From Patescibacteria group bacterium (GTDB lineage: Bacteria; Patescibacteriota; Patescibacteriia; UBA9934), in contig JBAQTB010000001.1 of the NCBI GenBank assembly GCA_049296775.1, positions 288,992 through 352,991 of the forward strand: 64,000 nucleotides of DNA, written 5' to 3'. Under the pieces are notes generated by a model. The model saw only the letters and a program-made list of their open reading frames with translations. It was not told the origin of the DNA and did not search any database. Made by a program: the position numbers and the translations under genes. Shown in pieces: positions 19,488 through 29,626 of this stretch (positions are counted from its first letter, which is position 1; the number at the start of each line of letters is the position of its first letter).

Positions 19488-22400
19488 ATGTCGATGAAAT
19501 TCGAAACCCTAAAATCTACCGACTTTGACTCGATTAAGCTCAAAGTTGCTTCTCCGGACGTGATTCGGAGTTGGTCATATGGTGAGGTTAGTAAGCCTGA
19601 AACCATTAACTACCGAACTCAGAAGCCTGAAAAACAGGGATTGTTTGCTGAAGAAATTTTCGGACCGTCTAAGGACTGGGAGTGTTACTGTGGTAAGTAC
19701 AAAAAGATCCGTTACAAGGGTATCGTATGTGATAAATGTGGCGTAGAAGTTACGCAGACCTCAGTGCGCCGTGAGCGCATGGGTCATATTGAGTTGTCTG
19801 CTCCAGTCACACATATTTGGTTCTTGCGCGGCGTACCCTCAAAGATCGGTACGGTCTTGGACATGAGTGTTCAGCAGATCGAAAAAGTTGTGTACTTTGG
19901 CGCCTTCATTATTACGGACGTAGTTGAAGAGGCTAGAGTGCAGACTTTGGAGCAAGTAAAAGAGGAGTACAAGGCTAAGAAGAAGATGATTGAGGGTGAA
20001 GTCAAGCGTGATTTGGCGCGTGCAGAAGAAAAGTTGGCAGATGATAAAGCTGGTTTGAAGGCTGAAATCAAGCGTATTAATGAGATCTCTGAGGCTAAGC
20101 TTGAGGAACTTGAGACTGACTTTATCCAGGTAGATAAGGATTTGAAGGAGCTAGCGCCACTCAAGGTTATTAGCGAGGCTACTTACCATGACTGGTCCAT
20201 GCGCTACGGCCACATTTTTGATGCTGGTATTGGTGCCGAGGCCATTGCTAAGTTGCTTGAGCGCGTGAATATCCCAGAAACAGTTAAGGTCTTAAACGAG
20301 GAGCTAGAGAATACCTCTTCAAAGGCTAAGTATGACCGCATCATGCGTCGTTTGAAGTTGTTTAAGGCTTTGAACAAGAATGATGTTAACCCAGGTTGGA
20401 TGATTACGCGCGTGTTGCCAGTGATCCCTCCAGATTTGCGTCCAATGGTGCCGCTCGATGGTGGTCGTTTCGCTACCTCTGATTTGAACGATTTGTATCG
20501 ACGCGTCATTAACCGCAATAACCGTTTGCGCCGCTTGTTCGCTTTGAACGCACCTGAAGTTATTACTAGAAATGAGAAGCGCATGTTGCAGGAGGCAGTT
20601 GATGCTTTGATCGATAACTCAGCCAGACAGTCTAAGACAGTTATCGCAGCCACGGGTAAAAAGCGCCAGTTGAAGTCTTTGGCCGATATTTTGAAGGGTA
20701 AGCAGGGTCGTTTCCGCCAGAACTTGCTCGGTAAGCGTATCGACTACTCCGGTCGTTCAGTCATTGTGGTTGGACCACATCTGAAGTTGTCTGAGTGTGG
20801 TATTCCAAAGAAGATGGCGTTGGAATTGTTCCGCCCATTCGTGATCGCTAAGTTAATTGGTCGCGAGTACGTGCATAACATTCGTTCAGCGAACCGGTTC
20901 ATTGAAAGTGATCGGGCTGAGGTTTGGGATATTTTGGAAGAAGTCACTAAAGATAGCTACGTGCTCTTGAACCGTGCTCCAACTTTGCACCGTTTGGGTA
21001 TTCAGGCCTTTAGACCGAAATTGATTGAAGGTAAGGCGCTGCAGATTCATCCTTTAGTGTGTGAAGCATACAACGCTGACTTCGACGGCGACCAAATGGC
21101 GGTCCACGTGCCTTTGACGGCCGAGGCTCGTTATGAGGCTGAGCATTTGATGTTGTCTATTCGTAACTTACTGAAGCCATCTTATGGTGGACCGGTAGCT
21201 ACGCCTGGAAAAGATATTGCTTGGGCCTGTTTCTACTTGACCTCAACGCATACCGAGGCTGATGAGAAGGATCTATTCTCATTTGCAGATGAAGATGAAG
21301 CAATTTATGCGCAGGAGGCAGGTGTAGTGAAACTACAGGATTGGATTCGTGTGCAGCGTAACGGTGAGAATTTGGTGACCACGGTTGGTCGTATCATCGT
21401 TAACCGCATGTTCCCGGAGAAGATCGGCTATCAGAACAAGATTTTGGCCAAGAAAGAGTTGGCTAACATTATTCGCGATATTCTTGAGTATTACGGTCAG
21501 GAATTTACGGCGGGTATCTTGGATGAATTGAAGGAGCTTGGCTTTAAGTACGCCACGGCCTCCGGTTATTCATGGGGTATGGGCGGTTTGCCTGAGGTGG
21601 TTGGTAAGAAAGAGTTGATTGAGGATGGTGATAGACGCATTTTGGAAGTTGAGAATTATTACGAGCAAGGTTTATTGACGCAGAGTGAGCGTCATAGCCA
21701 GATCATCAAGATTTGGACTGAGATCAAGGATAGTATTGCTGAGTTAGCTAAGACATCTTTGCCACATACTAGCTCTGCTTACACCATGATTGAATCTGGT
21801 GCTCGTGGTGCTTGGGGTCAGTTGACTCAGATGATCGGTATGATTGGTCTGAAGAGCTCACCATCTGGAGACATTATTGAATTGCCGGTGAAATCTTCCT
21901 TCAAGGACGGCGTGTCTGTGCTGGAGTTCTTCATCTCTAGCCACGGTGTGCGTAAAGGTCTAACCGATACCGCGCTTAAGACCGCTAATGCTGGTTATTT
22001 GACCCGTCGTTTGGTGGATGTGGCTCAGGATGTGGTGGTGCGTGAAGTAGATTGTGGTGATGATAAGGGCGTATTGCTGACCAGAACTGAATCTGAAGAA
22101 ATTGGTGAGGCTTTGCTGATCCGTATTCTTGGACGCATGGCGTTGTCTGATGTTTTGATGCCAGGGGAGCGCAAGGCCATTATTCAGGCGGGAGAATTGA
22201 TCACAGAAGATCATATTCGTGAGATGAAGAAGTCTGGTAAGGAGCTAGAAGAGGCACATGTGCGTTCAGTTATGACCTGCCGAATTCGTCGGGGTGTGTG
22301 TCAGAAGTGTTACGGATATGACTTGGCACACAACAAGTTGGTCAAAATGGGAACAGCGGTAGGTATTATGGCCGCTCAGTCTATTGGTGAGCCGGGTACA

Positions 22401-23513
22401 CAGTTGACCATGCGTACCTTCCATACTGGAGGTGTGGCTGGAAAAGATATTACTCAAGGTTTGCCGCGCGTTGAAGAATTGTTCGAGGCACGTTTGCCTA
22501 AGCGTAAGGCCGTCATGAGTGAAGTATCCGGTAAGATTGAGATTGAAAAGGCGGCTAGAACGGTAGTGCAGGCGAATACTGGCAAGGAAATGGTCGACAC
22601 TACGCCTGGTCAGAAGATCGTCAAGATTCGCCACGCAGCTGTAGAAGAGAAGACTTTCTTGTTCGGCAGAGGCGGTAAAGCCTTGGTAGCCGAGGGGGAG
22701 AAGGTAGTTGCCGGTCAGGCGATTGCGGAGAAGACTAAGGGTGAGAAGGTACTCGCCGATGTCGATGGTATTGCTAAGTTAGGCAAGACCAACGTGCTCG
22801 TGGTGCACGATTCTGAAAAGACTCGTGAATATATCATTCCACACGGTTACACCTTGTACGTTAAGGACGGTGATGAAGTGGTGGCTGGTGACGCGTTAAC
22901 TGATGGTCACTTGGACTTGCAGGCTCTGTTTAAAGCCAAGGGTCAATACGCCGTGCAGAAGTATTTGTCTAAAGAGATGCAGTTCATTTACTCTTCTCAA
23001 GGACAGAAGCTGAATAACAAGCATATTGAGGTGATTATTCGTCAGATGTTTAGTCGCGTACGCGTTGATGATCCGGGTGATACTGATTTGTTGCCAGGTG
23101 AGATCATTGAAAAGGCGACTTTGCTAGACGAGCAAGACCGAATTGATGCCATTGGCGGTAAATTGTCTGGTTTTGAACCGTTATTGCTTGGTGTGACGAA
23201 GGTATCTCTATCTACTGAAAGCTGGTTGTCTTCAGCCTCTTTCCAGGAAACGGCTAGAGTACTGATCAATGCTGCGGTGACTGGCAAGGTGGATGAGTTG
23301 GCTGGTCTGAAGGAGAACGTGATTATTGGTCGTTTGATTCCAGCTGGTACTGGTTTTGAAGGCAATGAAGTAGTCATTGATTATCCTAAGAAGATTTACG
23401 AACAACCCGTTGAATTGAGCCCAGCTGTAGCTGCAGAAATTAAGCTAGAAGGTCCACAAACTGGAACTATAGCAGCAGAAGATTCCATGCAAGCTCCAAA
23501 ATCAGAAGAGTAA
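19488..23513 (+). CDS. rpoC: DNA-directed RNA polymerase subunit beta'
   Basis: Zn-finger CxxC...CDKCGVEV; the NADFDGDQMAVH catalytic triad; trigger-loop and bridge-helix regions. 1341 aa. Confidence 0.95.
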   Translation: MSMKFETLKSTDFDSIKLKVASPDVIRSWSYGEVSKPETINYRTQKPEKQGLFAEEIFGPSKDWECYCGKYKKIRYKGIVCDKCGVEVTQTSVRRERMGHIELSAPVTHIWFLRGVPSKIGTVLDMSVQQIEKVVYFGAFIITDVVEEARVQTLEQVKEEYKAKKKMIEGEVKRDLARAEEKLADDKAGLKAEIKRINEISEAKLEELETDFIQVDKDLKELAPLKVISEATYHDWSMRYGHIFDAGIGAEAIAKLLERVNIPETVKVLNEELENTSSKAKYDRIMRRLKLFKALNKNDVNPGWMITRVLPVIPPDLRPMVPLDGGRFATSDLNDLYRRVINRNNRLRRLFALNAPEVITRNEKRMLQEAVDALIDNSARQSKTVIAATGKKRQLKSLADILKGKQGRFRQNLLGKRIDYSGRSVIVVGPHLKLSECGIPKKMALELFRPFVIAKLIGREYVHNIRSANRFIESDRAEVWDILEEVTKDSYVLLNRAPTLHRLGIQAFRPKLIEGKALQIHPLVCEAYNADFDGDQMAVHVPLTAEARYEAEHLMLSIRNLLKPSYGGPVATPGKDIAWACFYLTSTHTEADEKDLFSFADEDEAIYAQEAGVVKLQDWIRVQRNGENLVTTVGRIIVNRMFPEKIGYQNKILAKKELANIIRDILEYYGQEFTAGILDELKELGFKYATASGYSWGMGGLPEVVGKKELIEDGDRRILEVENYYEQGLLTQSERHSQIIKIWTEIKDSIAELAKTSLPHTSSAYTMIESGARGAWGQLTQMIGMIGLKSSPSGDIIELPVKSSFKDGVSVLEFFISSHGVRKGLTDTALKTANAGYLTRRLVDVAQDVVVREVDCGDDKGVLLTRTESEEIGEALLIRILGRMALSDVLMPGERKAIIQAGELITEDHIREMKKSGKELEEAHVRSVMTCRIRRGVCQKCYGYDLAHNKLVKMGTAVGIMAAQSIGEPGTQLTMRTFHTGGVAGKDITQGLPRVEELFEARLPKRKAVMSEVSGKIEIEKAARTVVQANTGKEMVDTTPGQKIVKIRHAAVEEKTFLFGRGGKALVAEGEKVVAGQAIAEKTKGEKVLADVDGIAKLGKTNVLVVHDSEKTREYIIPHGYTLYVKDGDEVVAGDALTDGHLDLQALFKAKGQYAVQKYLSKEMQFIYSSQGQKLNNKHIEVIIRQMFSRVRVDDPGDTDLLPGEIIEKATLLDEQDRIDAIGGKLSGFEPLLLGVTKVSLSTESWLSSASFQETARVLINAAVTGKVDELAGLKENVIIGRLIPAGTGFEGNEVVIDYPKKIYEQPVELSPAVAAEIKLEGPQTGTIAAEDSMQAPKSEE

Positions 23514-23522
23514 GCTGATCAC

Positions 23523-23557
23523 AAAATCGGTCCCCATGCGGGATCGATTTTGTTTTT
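23523..23557 (+). terminator. Terminator after rpoC
   Basis: aaaatcggtccc catgc gggatcgatttt, then gttttt. Confidence 0.5.
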
Positions 23558-23605
23558 GCGTCAGGGTATGATGTCTGTAGCTCCCCAGCCTTTGATTATT
23601 TATTT

Positions 23606-23869
23606 GTGTGTATGTTTGATCGGCAGACACTTGATCAACTGCGTGGGGTAATGAAGGAGGTTATTCGTGCAGAGGTCCCTCCAATTGTTAAAGACATTGT
23701 CCAAAAAGAAATTTCTGAGCTTATGGAATATCAGATTATTCCACAATTTAACGATATCCATCGTGAATTAGCCTGGATCAAGAATCGTATGGTCACCAAA
23801 GATTTTCTTGAAGAGCGATTAGAGAGATTTCGAGTTGATCTGGGACTGAAATATCGAGCTGTTACCTAA
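23606..23869 (+). CDS. Small helical protein, paralog family member 2 of 4
   Basis: 87 aa. IIPQFNDIHRELAWIKNRM parallels LPQLDDHERRLVKLEAKI of members 1 and 3. It lies downstream of rpoC with its own terminator (ggacgag...ctcgttttt). Confidence 0.5.
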   Translation: MCMFDRQTLDQLRGVMKEVIRAEVPPIVKDIVQKEISELMEYQIIPQFNDIHRELAWIKNRMVTKDFLEERLERFRVDLGLKYRAVT

Positions 23870-23932
23870 AAAGCCTTACAGGACGAGTTTTAATGGCTCG
23901 TTTTTGTTTTTGTAACAAGGTATTATGTAGGT

Positions 23933-24433
23933 ATGCAGGCCAAGTCAGGAAAAATTATTTTAGGTCTTGATCCTGGGTATGGGCGCTTGGGTTTTGGGGT
24001 GATTGCTGCTGATGAGCGGAGGAAGCTGAGTTACGTGGGTTGTGGCGTGATTACCACCGCTAAAGGTGTGGTGCACCGGGACAGGCTGTTTGAAATCGCT
24101 AAGGATTTAGAGGCATTAATTGCTAGATATAGTCCCACTTTGATTGCAGTTGAGGAGTTGTTTTTTGTTAAGAATATAACTACAGCCTTAAAAGTTGCAG
24201 AAGTTCGGGGGATTATTTTGTATTTGTCAGCTAAGTATCAGATTGATCTCATTGAGATTAAGCCGACCGAGATCAAGATGGCGGTGAGTGGAGACGGGCA
24301 TGCAGATAAGTTGCAGATGCAAAAAATGATCACGATGTTGCTAAAATTAGCTACGGTACCACAGCCGGATGACGCTGCGGATGCTTTGGCGGTGGCGTGG
24401 GCGGGGGAGGGTAAGTTTAGGGTGTTGGATTAG
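23933..24433 (+). CDS. ruvC: Holliday junction resolvase RuvC
   Basis: ILGLDPGYGRLGFGV catalytic Asp region; a C-terminal DDAADALAVA acidic motif. Confidence 0.85.
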   Translation: MQAKSGKIILGLDPGYGRLGFGVIAADERRKLSYVGCGVITTAKGVVHRDRLFEIAKDLEALIARYSPTLIAVEELFFVKNITTALKVAEVRGIILYLSAKYQIDLIEIKPTEIKMAVSGDGHADKLQMQKMITMLLKLATVPQPDDAADALAVAWAGEGKFRVLD

Positions 24434-24454
24434 AGAAAATGTTATACTTGAGCC

Positions 24455-24913
24455 GTGAAAATCTTAACGCGTAAAATTGGAAAAGTGCGATTGGTGGTGA
24501 TAGTTTCGGTATTTTTGTCATTACTATCGATGAATTTGACCGGAGTTTTATTGGCCGTCACGGATCCGTTCAGACCTCCAGAGTTTGTGCCACCACCCAC
24601 GCCGCGTGAGTACTTGGCGGAGCGTTGTGAGGAGGTGGGCTGTGATTTTGTCTTACTCGACACGATTATTTTTTGTGAAAGTACTTGGAGAATGGTGAAA
24701 AATTCCAGTTCTTCGGCGTTTGGATATTTTCAAATTATTGATGGTACGGAAAAGACCACTCCGCAGTATGCGGCCGGCCTGCGCAAGTTTGATCCGTACG
24801 CGAATATCGACATGGGCATTTATCTCAACAGCAAACGCGGCACCAATCCGTGGAATGAGTCAAAAGGTTGTTGGCAGTGGCGTTACAGGCAAGCAATGGC
24901 AGAGCTCGAGTAA
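24455..24913 (+). CDS. Small transglycosylase/lysozyme-like (SLT-type) domain protein with N-terminal TM anchor
   Basis: CESTWR catalytic Glu region and a GYFQI (GLMQI-like) motif. The hydrophobic N-terminus LVVIVSVFLSLL. Confidence 0.55.
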   Translation: MKILTRKIGKVRLVVIVSVFLSLLSMNLTGVLLAVTDPFRPPEFVPPPTPREYLAERCEEVGCDFVLLDTIIFCESTWRMVKNSSSSAFGYFQIIDGTEKTTPQYAAGLRKFDPYANIDMGIYLNSKRGTNPWNESKGCWQWRYRQAMAELE

Positions 24914-24982
24914 ACAAAAAACTCATTAGGTCCCTCGCGTTCGCTCGGGACAAAAAAATCCTGGTTAAAACCAGGATTTTTT

Positions 24983-25057
24983 TGGAGCGGGTGGAGGGAG
25001 TCGAACCCTCATCATCAGTTTGGAAAACTGAGATAATAACCGCTATACGACACCCGC
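24983..25057 (-). tRNA. tRNA-Trp (anticodon CCA)
   Basis: Reverse complement is GCGGGTG...CAGTT TTCCAAA AACTG...GGTTCGACTCCCTC CACCCGC T CCA. The anticodon loop reads UU CCA AA. The CCA end is encoded. Confidence 0.8.
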
Positions 25058-25223
25058 TTACCTGCTCGCTATTACTTTCGTCCCATATTTTGTCGCCGGC
25101 CTCCGGGCCTCGTCTACGTACCTATCAGTACGTCTCCTCGGTCCTCGGTCGTCTCCTCATCTGGAACGAAATTAATACGCTCGCATGTGATTGGCTCGTG
25201 AAGAGCGAATCAAGGGTAATTTA

Positions 25224-26234
25224 TCAGATAGTGGGATTTCTTTCAACTAGCCAGGTGCCATTTAGGGCTTTGAGCTTGGCATTCGGGATTTTGAAGCCGG
25301 CAGCCAGCTTGTGCCCACCACCTCCGTATTTATCCTCAGCTAATTTGGCTACGTCTCGGCCACGGCTACGCATGCTACCCTTCACGGCTCCATCAGCTGT
25401 TTCTCTGTACACGACCACGACTTCATGGTGACCGTCTAGCATGGCGTGTAGAAACCCAGAGATGCCCCCGATGTCGTCTTCTGTGCCTTTATACAGCTGC
25501 ATATCCCTAAGAGTGATGGCAGTGGCCGTAGCGTTGAGCTCAGTGTCATGAAAGAGCCGTTGCATAGCCAATCCCCAGAGCTGCAAAGAGGCCAGCGAGC
25601 GTTGCATGAGGGTGTGGTGCACGACGATTTTTAAATCGGCACCAAGTTGCACTAGTTCAGACGAAGCATCTAGGGCAGCAGTGGTGGTATTCGGGGTGGA
25701 AAATAGCACCGTATCCGTACAGATGCCGGTAAGTAGACATTGGGCTGCATCGGGAGATACCGGCCAGTTGGTAGCTTTTACAAAACGCCAAACTACATCG
25801 GCACTGGAAGCGGCCTGCGGTTCCACCAGGTTGACAGTGCCATACTTGGGATTGGAGGCGTGATGATCAAAAACGACCACTGGTACTTTATGCGCCATGC
25901 TTGGGAGGAGGGCTTTGATATATTCGCCGTCTGAGCAGTCCGAAATAATCACGAGGTCGATGGTAGTTTGTTTAAAAACCTCTACATCCCGACGAATGAC
26001 ATCAATGGCGGGAATGAATTTGAAAGTCTCTGGTAAGGGCTTAGGGGAAAATACTTCCACGAGACGCTGTTCACCTGTTAAGGGGTGATTATGGGGGGCA
26101 AGGTTATTTAAAACATGATACAGTCCCATGGTTGAGCCAATGGTATCGCCGTCGATACGTTCGTCTGTCAATAATAAAATATGTCTAGCATTAGCGATTA
26201 AATCTTGGATTTTTTGATAAATTAAGTTAGTCAT
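25224..26234 (-). CDS. nrnA: DHH/DHHA1 phosphoesterase NrnA-type (oligoribonuclease / pAp phosphatase)
   Basis: DGDTIGS, VVFDHHASN (the DHH motif), and GGGGHKLAAGF (the DHHA1 GGGH motif). Confidence 0.75.
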   Translation of the reverse strand: MTNLIYQKIQDLIANARHILLLTDERIDGDTIGSTMGLYHVLNNLAPHNHPLTGEQRLVEVFSPKPLPETFKFIPAIDVIRRDVEVFKQTTIDLVIISDCSDGEYIKALLPSMAHKVPVVVFDHHASNPKYGTVNLVEPQAASSADVVWRFVKATNWPVSPDAAQCLLTGICTDTVLFSTPNTTTAALDASSELVQLGADLKIVVHHTLMQRSLASLQLWGLAMQRLFHDTELNATATAITLRDMQLYKGTEDDIGGISGFLHAMLDGHHEVVVVYRETADGAVKGSMRSRGRDVAKLAEDKYGGGGHKLAAGFKIPNAKLKALNGTWLVERNPTI

Positions 26235-26357
26235 ACGCTGCTCGCCTATCAGTGTAGGGGATGAGTAAGTGTAGCTGAGTGGTGGCTAAGGGTCAAGCTT
26301 TGGGGTTTGACAAAGCTGGGGATTAGGCTAGTTTATACAGGTCTTTTGGGGGTAGCG

Positions 26358-27008
26358 ATGGAGAACGAAAGTGATGAGTGGGCGCATTTGTCTAATGAGA
26401 TCAAGGACAAGATTGCACTTAACGTGGGGCGGTTGATCATTCAGGCCCTACAGAAGGGCGGAGGTGCGGTGTTGGATGCCGTCGCCCTCGGGTTTGATGA
26501 CGGTTCGCTTAAACTGGCTGAGATTGTAAAGATCTTGGTAACAGATATCAGTATTACAAACTTCACCGTCGAGCTACAGCCAGGTATCCCTTGGCAGGTT
26601 CGACTCTCTGAACTCAAGCTACAAGGTATAGGCAGATTGGTCACAGAGACTGATTTCCCTTTGACCTTGGTGCCCAAAGCTACCGTTAGACAATTGAAGC
26701 TCGTGTCTCTCGGACGTCAAATTGACGAGGATGACGTTGAGGCCTGTTTGAGGGATATGGGGCTGCGTTCTGCGAGTACGTCGGAGTTGCTGGCCCATGC
26801 GGCTCAATACAGCTTTCAAGTCCGCATGCGGATGCTGGGGGCGTTAGCGCGAAATCAGACCCATCGTCGCAATCTGGTATTAGTGACAGAACCAGGCGAA
26901 CATGGAGAGCCGTGTCGACGCTACCTGTACGGTGAAGAATCGCCGTTCAGTCAAAGAGTACGTTTACCCGCGGGTACTAACATTCTTGCCGCCTTACTTG
27001 AGGAGTAA
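26358..27008 (+). CDS. Hypothetical protein, paralog of the 42307 gene (shared ELLAHAA motif)
   Basis: ATG at 26358 preceded by GGGGG. The C-terminal half TSELLAHAAQYSF...HRRNLVLV aligns with VHELLAHAANRPD...NRRVALL of the 42307..42951 product. Function unknown. Confidence 0.45.
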   Translation: MENESDEWAHLSNEIKDKIALNVGRLIIQALQKGGGAVLDAVALGFDDGSLKLAEIVKILVTDISITNFTVELQPGIPWQVRLSELKLQGIGRLVTETDFPLTLVPKATVRQLKLVSLGRQIDEDDVEACLRDMGLRSASTSELLAHAAQYSFQVRMRMLGALARNQTHRRNLVLVTEPGEHGEPCRRYLYGEESPFSQRVRLPAGTNILAALLEE

Positions 27009-27165
27009 GCCAGGATATGGCACGTACCGCAGGACTTGCCCGCTTATGTCTACTGATCCTAGGTCGGGAGACAATGAGCGGGTTTTTGAATTCAAGAATG
27101 GCCTAAGGTTAAGCAGTCTTTATGACTAGGCTAGGGCTTAAAATTAGGTTACAATACTTGCAACT

Positions 27166-29493
27166 ATGTATCTCCAGCGCTTAGAAGTTCAGGGGTTTAA
27201 GACCTTTGCCAAGAAGACAGTTTTGGAGTTTCCGGCGCCACAGGCGGGGTCGAATCCATTAACAGTGGTGGTGGGGCCGAATGGTTCGGGTAAATCTAAC
27301 TTGTCTGACGCTATCCGGTGGTGTCTCGGTGAACAGTCGATGAAACAACTGCGGGGCAAGGAATCGCAAGATATTATTTTTTCTGGTTCTGAAGGGCGTG
27401 GTCGCGCTAATTTTGCGGAAGTAACTTTGACCTTCAATAATGAAGACAAGAGCATGCCGAGCATTGAGGCGAGTGAGGTCACAATAGCGCGTCGGCTGTA
27501 TCGGGATGGGGAATCGAGTTACATGATGCAAGGAGCTGAAGTTAGGTTGAGCGATATTCAATTGACTTTGGCTGAAGCAGGTGTGGGTCAACGCTCGTAC
27601 GCGGTGATCGGTCAGGGTATGGTTGACCACATTTTGACCTCATCACCAGAGGAACGCAAGATTTTTTTCGATGATGCTACGGGCGTGCGTGGTTTGCAGA
27701 TCAGACGTCACCAATCGATGCTTAAGTTAGAGCGTTCGGCTAAGAATTTGGCTGATGTTGAGCTCCTTTTACAGGAACTTGAACCACGTTTGAATTTACT
27801 TAAGCGCCAAGTGAAGCGTTTGAATGAGCGTGAAAAAGTAGAAGCGGAGCTCAAGGAAATCTCAGCGAACTATTTTGGTACTCAATTTTGGAACTTGCAA
27901 GATGAGAAACTAGCTATCGACACCAAGGTGCAATTAGCCCTCCAAAAAGTGGAAGCTAAGAAGTCTGAGTTGATGGCCGGAGATGCCAAACTGGCAGAGA
28001 TGGAAAAGGCTGAGGCTGGTAAGGTGACGGATACTAGCGGCGTGCAAGAATACCAGTCGGCGTACAAGACGGCGCAAGAAGAGTTGGCGGCTGCCCGTAA
28101 GGCGCACTTTGCGATTGAGCGTGAAATTGAACTGGCTAAGGTCAGAGCTCAGTCATCTTGGGCGCCTTTACCGCTGACTGACATTATTGGGGAGGTGAAG
28201 GAGCTGGCCAGTTTGCATGAGCGTTTGTTTGCTATCGTAAAGACGTGGGGACGGGTCGTCGACCCATCCGTACGTGAAGGCGAGATTCAGAATGTGGTGC
28301 AGGAGATTGAGGCGGCGCTCGGCCGGTCGAGCAAGCTGCGGGATCGCCTGATCAAGCCGAATCCTGAAGATTTCAAGGTCGATCCTAAACATAAAGCAGA
28401 TCTAGATAATGCTAACGGGTCGATTAAAGCCGCTGAGGCCAAGGTTAAAGAGGCTGAACAGGCTATGGATGCTAAGGCCAGAGAAGCCTCGGCCTCTAAG
28501 AGCGAAGTATTTGCTTTTCAGCGGTCTTTACGCCAGTTGCAGGCCGAGGTGATGCAGCTAGAAAATGAGCGCAATGCACATAGCGTGGAATTAGCGCGCG
28601 TAGAAACTCGGATTGAGTCGCTCATGGTTGAGTCACGTGATGCTATTGGGGAGCAGCGCACTGAAGACATGATCCGTACCGCGCCTGAGACTCGGGCTGT
28701 GAACATTCATGAGCTACATGACAAGATGGTCCGTGTGCGTCATCAACTTGAGATGATCGGCGGCATCGATCCGGAGGTCGTGAAAGAACATGATGAAGTT
28801 AATGAACGGTTTACGTTTTTGTCGACTCAGGTATTTGATTTGCGCGGTGCGATTAAGGCGACTGAACGGGTGGTGGATGAATTGGATCAAGAAATCAGAT
28901 CCCAATCAGAACGGGCCTTTAAATCGATTAACGAACATTTCCAGAAATATTTCAAAGTGTTGTTCGGTGGGGGTTCATGTTCACTCGTTAAAATGACGCA
29001 GGATGATGTTTCTAGTGAAAATCAAGTTGTTTTAGATAGAGCCATGGAGCAAGTGGCGGGGGAGCATAACGAACAAGAGGAGTCTTCAGAGAGAATTTCA
29101 GAGCGTGTGGCTAACCGTAAAGAGGCTGTGGCGGGAATTGATATTCAAGCCACGCCACCTGGCAAGAAATTGAAGGCGCTGAATTTGCTGTCTGGCGGTG
29201 AGCGCGCTTTGACGTCGATTGCGTTGTTGTCTGCCATCATGGAAACCAATCCGTCGCCGTTTGTGGTATTGGATGAGGTTGATGCCGCGTTGGATGAAGC
29301 GAATACCGTGCGTTTTGCGAATATTTTGAATGAATTACGTTTGCATACGCAGTTTATTGTCATCACACACAATCGCGCGACCATGGAAAAGGCCGATACG
29401 TTGTACGGCGTCACCATGGGGGATGAGGGTATTAGTTCGTTATTATCGGTGCGATTGGAGGATATCGCGGGGGGCGATTCGGCGCGGCGGTAG
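27166..29493 (+). CDS. smc: SMC-family chromosome-condensation ATPase, short form (775 aa, no recognisable hinge)
   Basis: The N-terminus MYLQRLEVQGFKTFAKK...VVGPNGSGKSNLSDAIRWCLGEQS and the C-terminus LSGGERALTSIALLSAIME...VVLDEVDAALDEANT...FIVITHNRATMEKADTLYGVTM are canonical SMC head motifs. The middle is coiled-coil-like with no glycine-rich hinge block. Confidence 0.8.
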   Translation: MYLQRLEVQGFKTFAKKTVLEFPAPQAGSNPLTVVVGPNGSGKSNLSDAIRWCLGEQSMKQLRGKESQDIIFSGSEGRGRANFAEVTLTFNNEDKSMPSIEASEVTIARRLYRDGESSYMMQGAEVRLSDIQLTLAEAGVGQRSYAVIGQGMVDHILTSSPEERKIFFDDATGVRGLQIRRHQSMLKLERSAKNLADVELLLQELEPRLNLLKRQVKRLNEREKVEAELKEISANYFGTQFWNLQDEKLAIDTKVQLALQKVEAKKSELMAGDAKLAEMEKAEAGKVTDTSGVQEYQSAYKTAQEELAAARKAHFAIEREIELAKVRAQSSWAPLPLTDIIGEVKELASLHERLFAIVKTWGRVVDPSVREGEIQNVVQEIEAALGRSSKLRDRLIKPNPEDFKVDPKHKADLDNANGSIKAAEAKVKEAEQAMDAKAREASASKSEVFAFQRSLRQLQAEVMQLENERNAHSVELARVETRIESLMVESRDAIGEQRTEDMIRTAPETRAVNIHELHDKMVRVRHQLEMIGGIDPEVVKEHDEVNERFTFLSTQVFDLRGAIKATERVVDELDQEIRSQSERAFKSINEHFQKYFKVLFGGGSCSLVKMTQDDVSSENQVVLDRAMEQVAGEHNEQEESSERISERVANRKEAVAGIDIQATPPGKKLKALNLLSGGERALTSIALLSAIMETNPSPFVVLDEVDAALDEANTVRFANILNELRLHTQFIVITHNRATMEKADTLYGVTMGDEGISSLLSVRLEDIAGGDSARR

Positions 29494-29518
29494 GGACGGG
29501 GGATGCAAATCCCATACC

Positions 29519-29613
29519 GTAGAGACGGCCGTGAGGCCGTCTCTTACACATCGCGCGGGTGCATGCGTGATCGCGGGTGGAAAAGCGCGAGACGGCCAGA
29601 AGGCCGTCTCTAC
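29519..29613. repeat. Inverted doublet of REP-like palindromes (GTAG-initiated)
   Basis: Hairpin 1 (29519-29546) is GTAGAGACGGCC gtga GGCCGTCTCT. Hairpin 2 (29589-29613) is GAGACGGCC agaa GGCCGTCTCTAC, which is the same unit in the opposite orientation. Between them atcgcg(c)gggtg occurs twice. Confidence 0.5.
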
Positions 29614-29626
29614 GGCGATATGCAAT

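Noticed and set aside
29519-29613. Possible CRISPR array
   Set aside because: Only two repeat units, in inverted (not direct) orientation, with a 42-nt gap and no cas genes. Interpreted as REP-like palindromes instead.
29330-29626. 5' part of the 268-aa ORF that overlaps the smc 3' end
   Set aside because: The transposase homology begins only after the ATG at 29627. The upstream part overlaps smc and contains the palindromic repeats.
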